Shown piece by piece: positions 63,251 through 64,000 of a stretch of 64,000 nt of DNA. Source of the DNA: an uncultured Verrucomicrobiae bacterium (GTDB lineage: Bacteria > Verrucomicrobiota > Verrucomicrobiia > Palsa-1439). The position numbers and the translations under genes are program-made. The stretch's first letter is position 1. Every line of letters starts with the position of its first letter. The notes beneath the pieces are model-generated. The model made no database searches. It saw only the letters and a program-made list of their open reading frames with translations, and was not told the origin of the DNA. Where the stretch lies: positions 128,001 to 192,000 of the forward strand of contig CAWEWF010000006.1 in assembly GCA_963812605.1 (NCBI GenBank), written 5' to 3'.

Positions 63251-63805
63251 ATGGCCACGGACAAACAGAGCCGAGCTTCTCCGGCGATGGATTTTGAATC
63301 GCTGGTGGAGCAGTATTACCGGGGACTATATCAATTCGCATACAATCTCGCGCGCGACGAGGCGGAAGCTGGTGACCTTACCCAGCAAACGTTCCTCATC
63401 TGGGCGCGAAAAGGGCACCAGTTGCGCGACCCATTAAAAGTAAAAACGTGGCTCTTCACCACCTTGCACCGTGAGTTCCTCCAAACACGCCGCAGGCGCG
63501 CGCGCTTCCCGCACTATGAACTGGATGAAGTCGGCGGTGAACTCCCCACCGTCCTGCCCACGATGGTTGACCAACTGGACGCCGCGACCGTGCTTGCCTC
63601 GCTGGCGCAAGTCAGCGAACTCTATCGCGCGCCGCTGGCGCTCTTCTACCTTGAGGATTACTCGTACAAAGAAATCGCCGGGATTCTCAACGTGCCCATT
63701 GGCACCGTCCAGTCACGCATCGCCCGCGGCAAGAGCCAGCTCTATAAAACTCTTGCCGATGGCCAGTCGTCCCCAGCCTCGAGAGTAAAGGAACCCCATG
63801 GATAG
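63251..63805 (+). CDS. ECF sigma-70 factor
   Basis: DLTQQTF, KTWLF, YSYKEIA.IL.VPIGTV.SRI.RG. Confidence 0.93.
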   Translation: MATDKQSRASPAMDFESLVEQYYRGLYQFAYNLARDEAEAGDLTQQTFLIWARKGHQLRDPLKVKTWLFTTLHREFLQTRRRRARFPHYELDEVGGELPTVLPTMVDQLDAATVLASLAQVSELYRAPLALFYLEDYSYKEIAGILNVPIGTVQSRIARGKSQLYKTLADGQSSPASRVKEPHG

Positions 63806-64000
63806 CCGGCAGGCCAAACAGGTTTTGCTCGGTTACCGATCAGGCACCGACGCGAGCGATCCGCAGATCGCCGAGGCTCTGCGTCAACTCGAGCACGATC
63901 CCGAATTGGCGCTCTGGTTCGCGCAATTACAACGCGCGGATGACACGGTCCGTCGCCAGCTTCGGCAAACGCCCGTCCCTGTCGACCTCAAGCAGCGCAT
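63798..64000 (+). CDS. Anti-sigma factor, DUF3379-like (3' partial)
   Basis: MDSRQAKQVL..YR.G.D..DP..AEAL......DPELA.WF; overlaps the sigma stop. Confidence 0.75.
   Translation, partial: MDSRQAKQVLLGYRSGTDASDPQIAEALRQLEHDPELALWFAQLQRADDTVRRQLRQTPVPVDLKQR

Noticed and set aside
1-64000. CRISPR array or cas genes
   Set aside because: No regularly spaced repeat-spacer series and no Cas motifs seen; the 18-bp palindrome copies are about 8 kb apart

Overview
Bacterial chromosome window, most likely Verrucomicrobiota (inferred from the style of the integrase, the DUF3379-type anti-sigma factor and other lineage-typical proteins). It has three parts. (1) 1-12.7 kb: a nearly intact general-stress/NHEJ cargo cluster (LigD, Ku, AI-2E transporter, BON, YciF, DUF748, DUF948, YihY, YtxH, HpnA-like, XRE and LuxR regulators). 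(2) About 12.8-38.9 kb: an integrative conjugative element (ICE). It carries a MOBF relaxase, ParA-like and HTH accessories, a truncated VirD4, a scrambled insert of defence-like genes, a stand-alone ClpB-D2 ATPase, a VirB2/3/4/5/6/8/9 operon with a VirB10 stub, a DarB-like methyltransferase-SNF2 helicase with a fully nested TnpV-like gene, and a tyrosine integrase abutting the 5' end of tRNA-Pro(TGG). An identical 18-bp palindrome (TGTTCCC-AAAC-GGGAACA) precedes each of the three backbone modules. (3) 38.9-64 kb: host-like genes, including a degenerate tRNA-Pro copy with a replaced anticodon arm, a REP doublet inside a coding gene, a RelE TA pair, the ATP-grasp/alpha-E/Anbu/transglutaminase operon, GH13, GH63, IOR and an ECF sigma pair. 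Many frameshifts are concentrated in the ICE and could reflect decay or sequencing error. All product calls come from motif and family recognition by eye; no searches were run.
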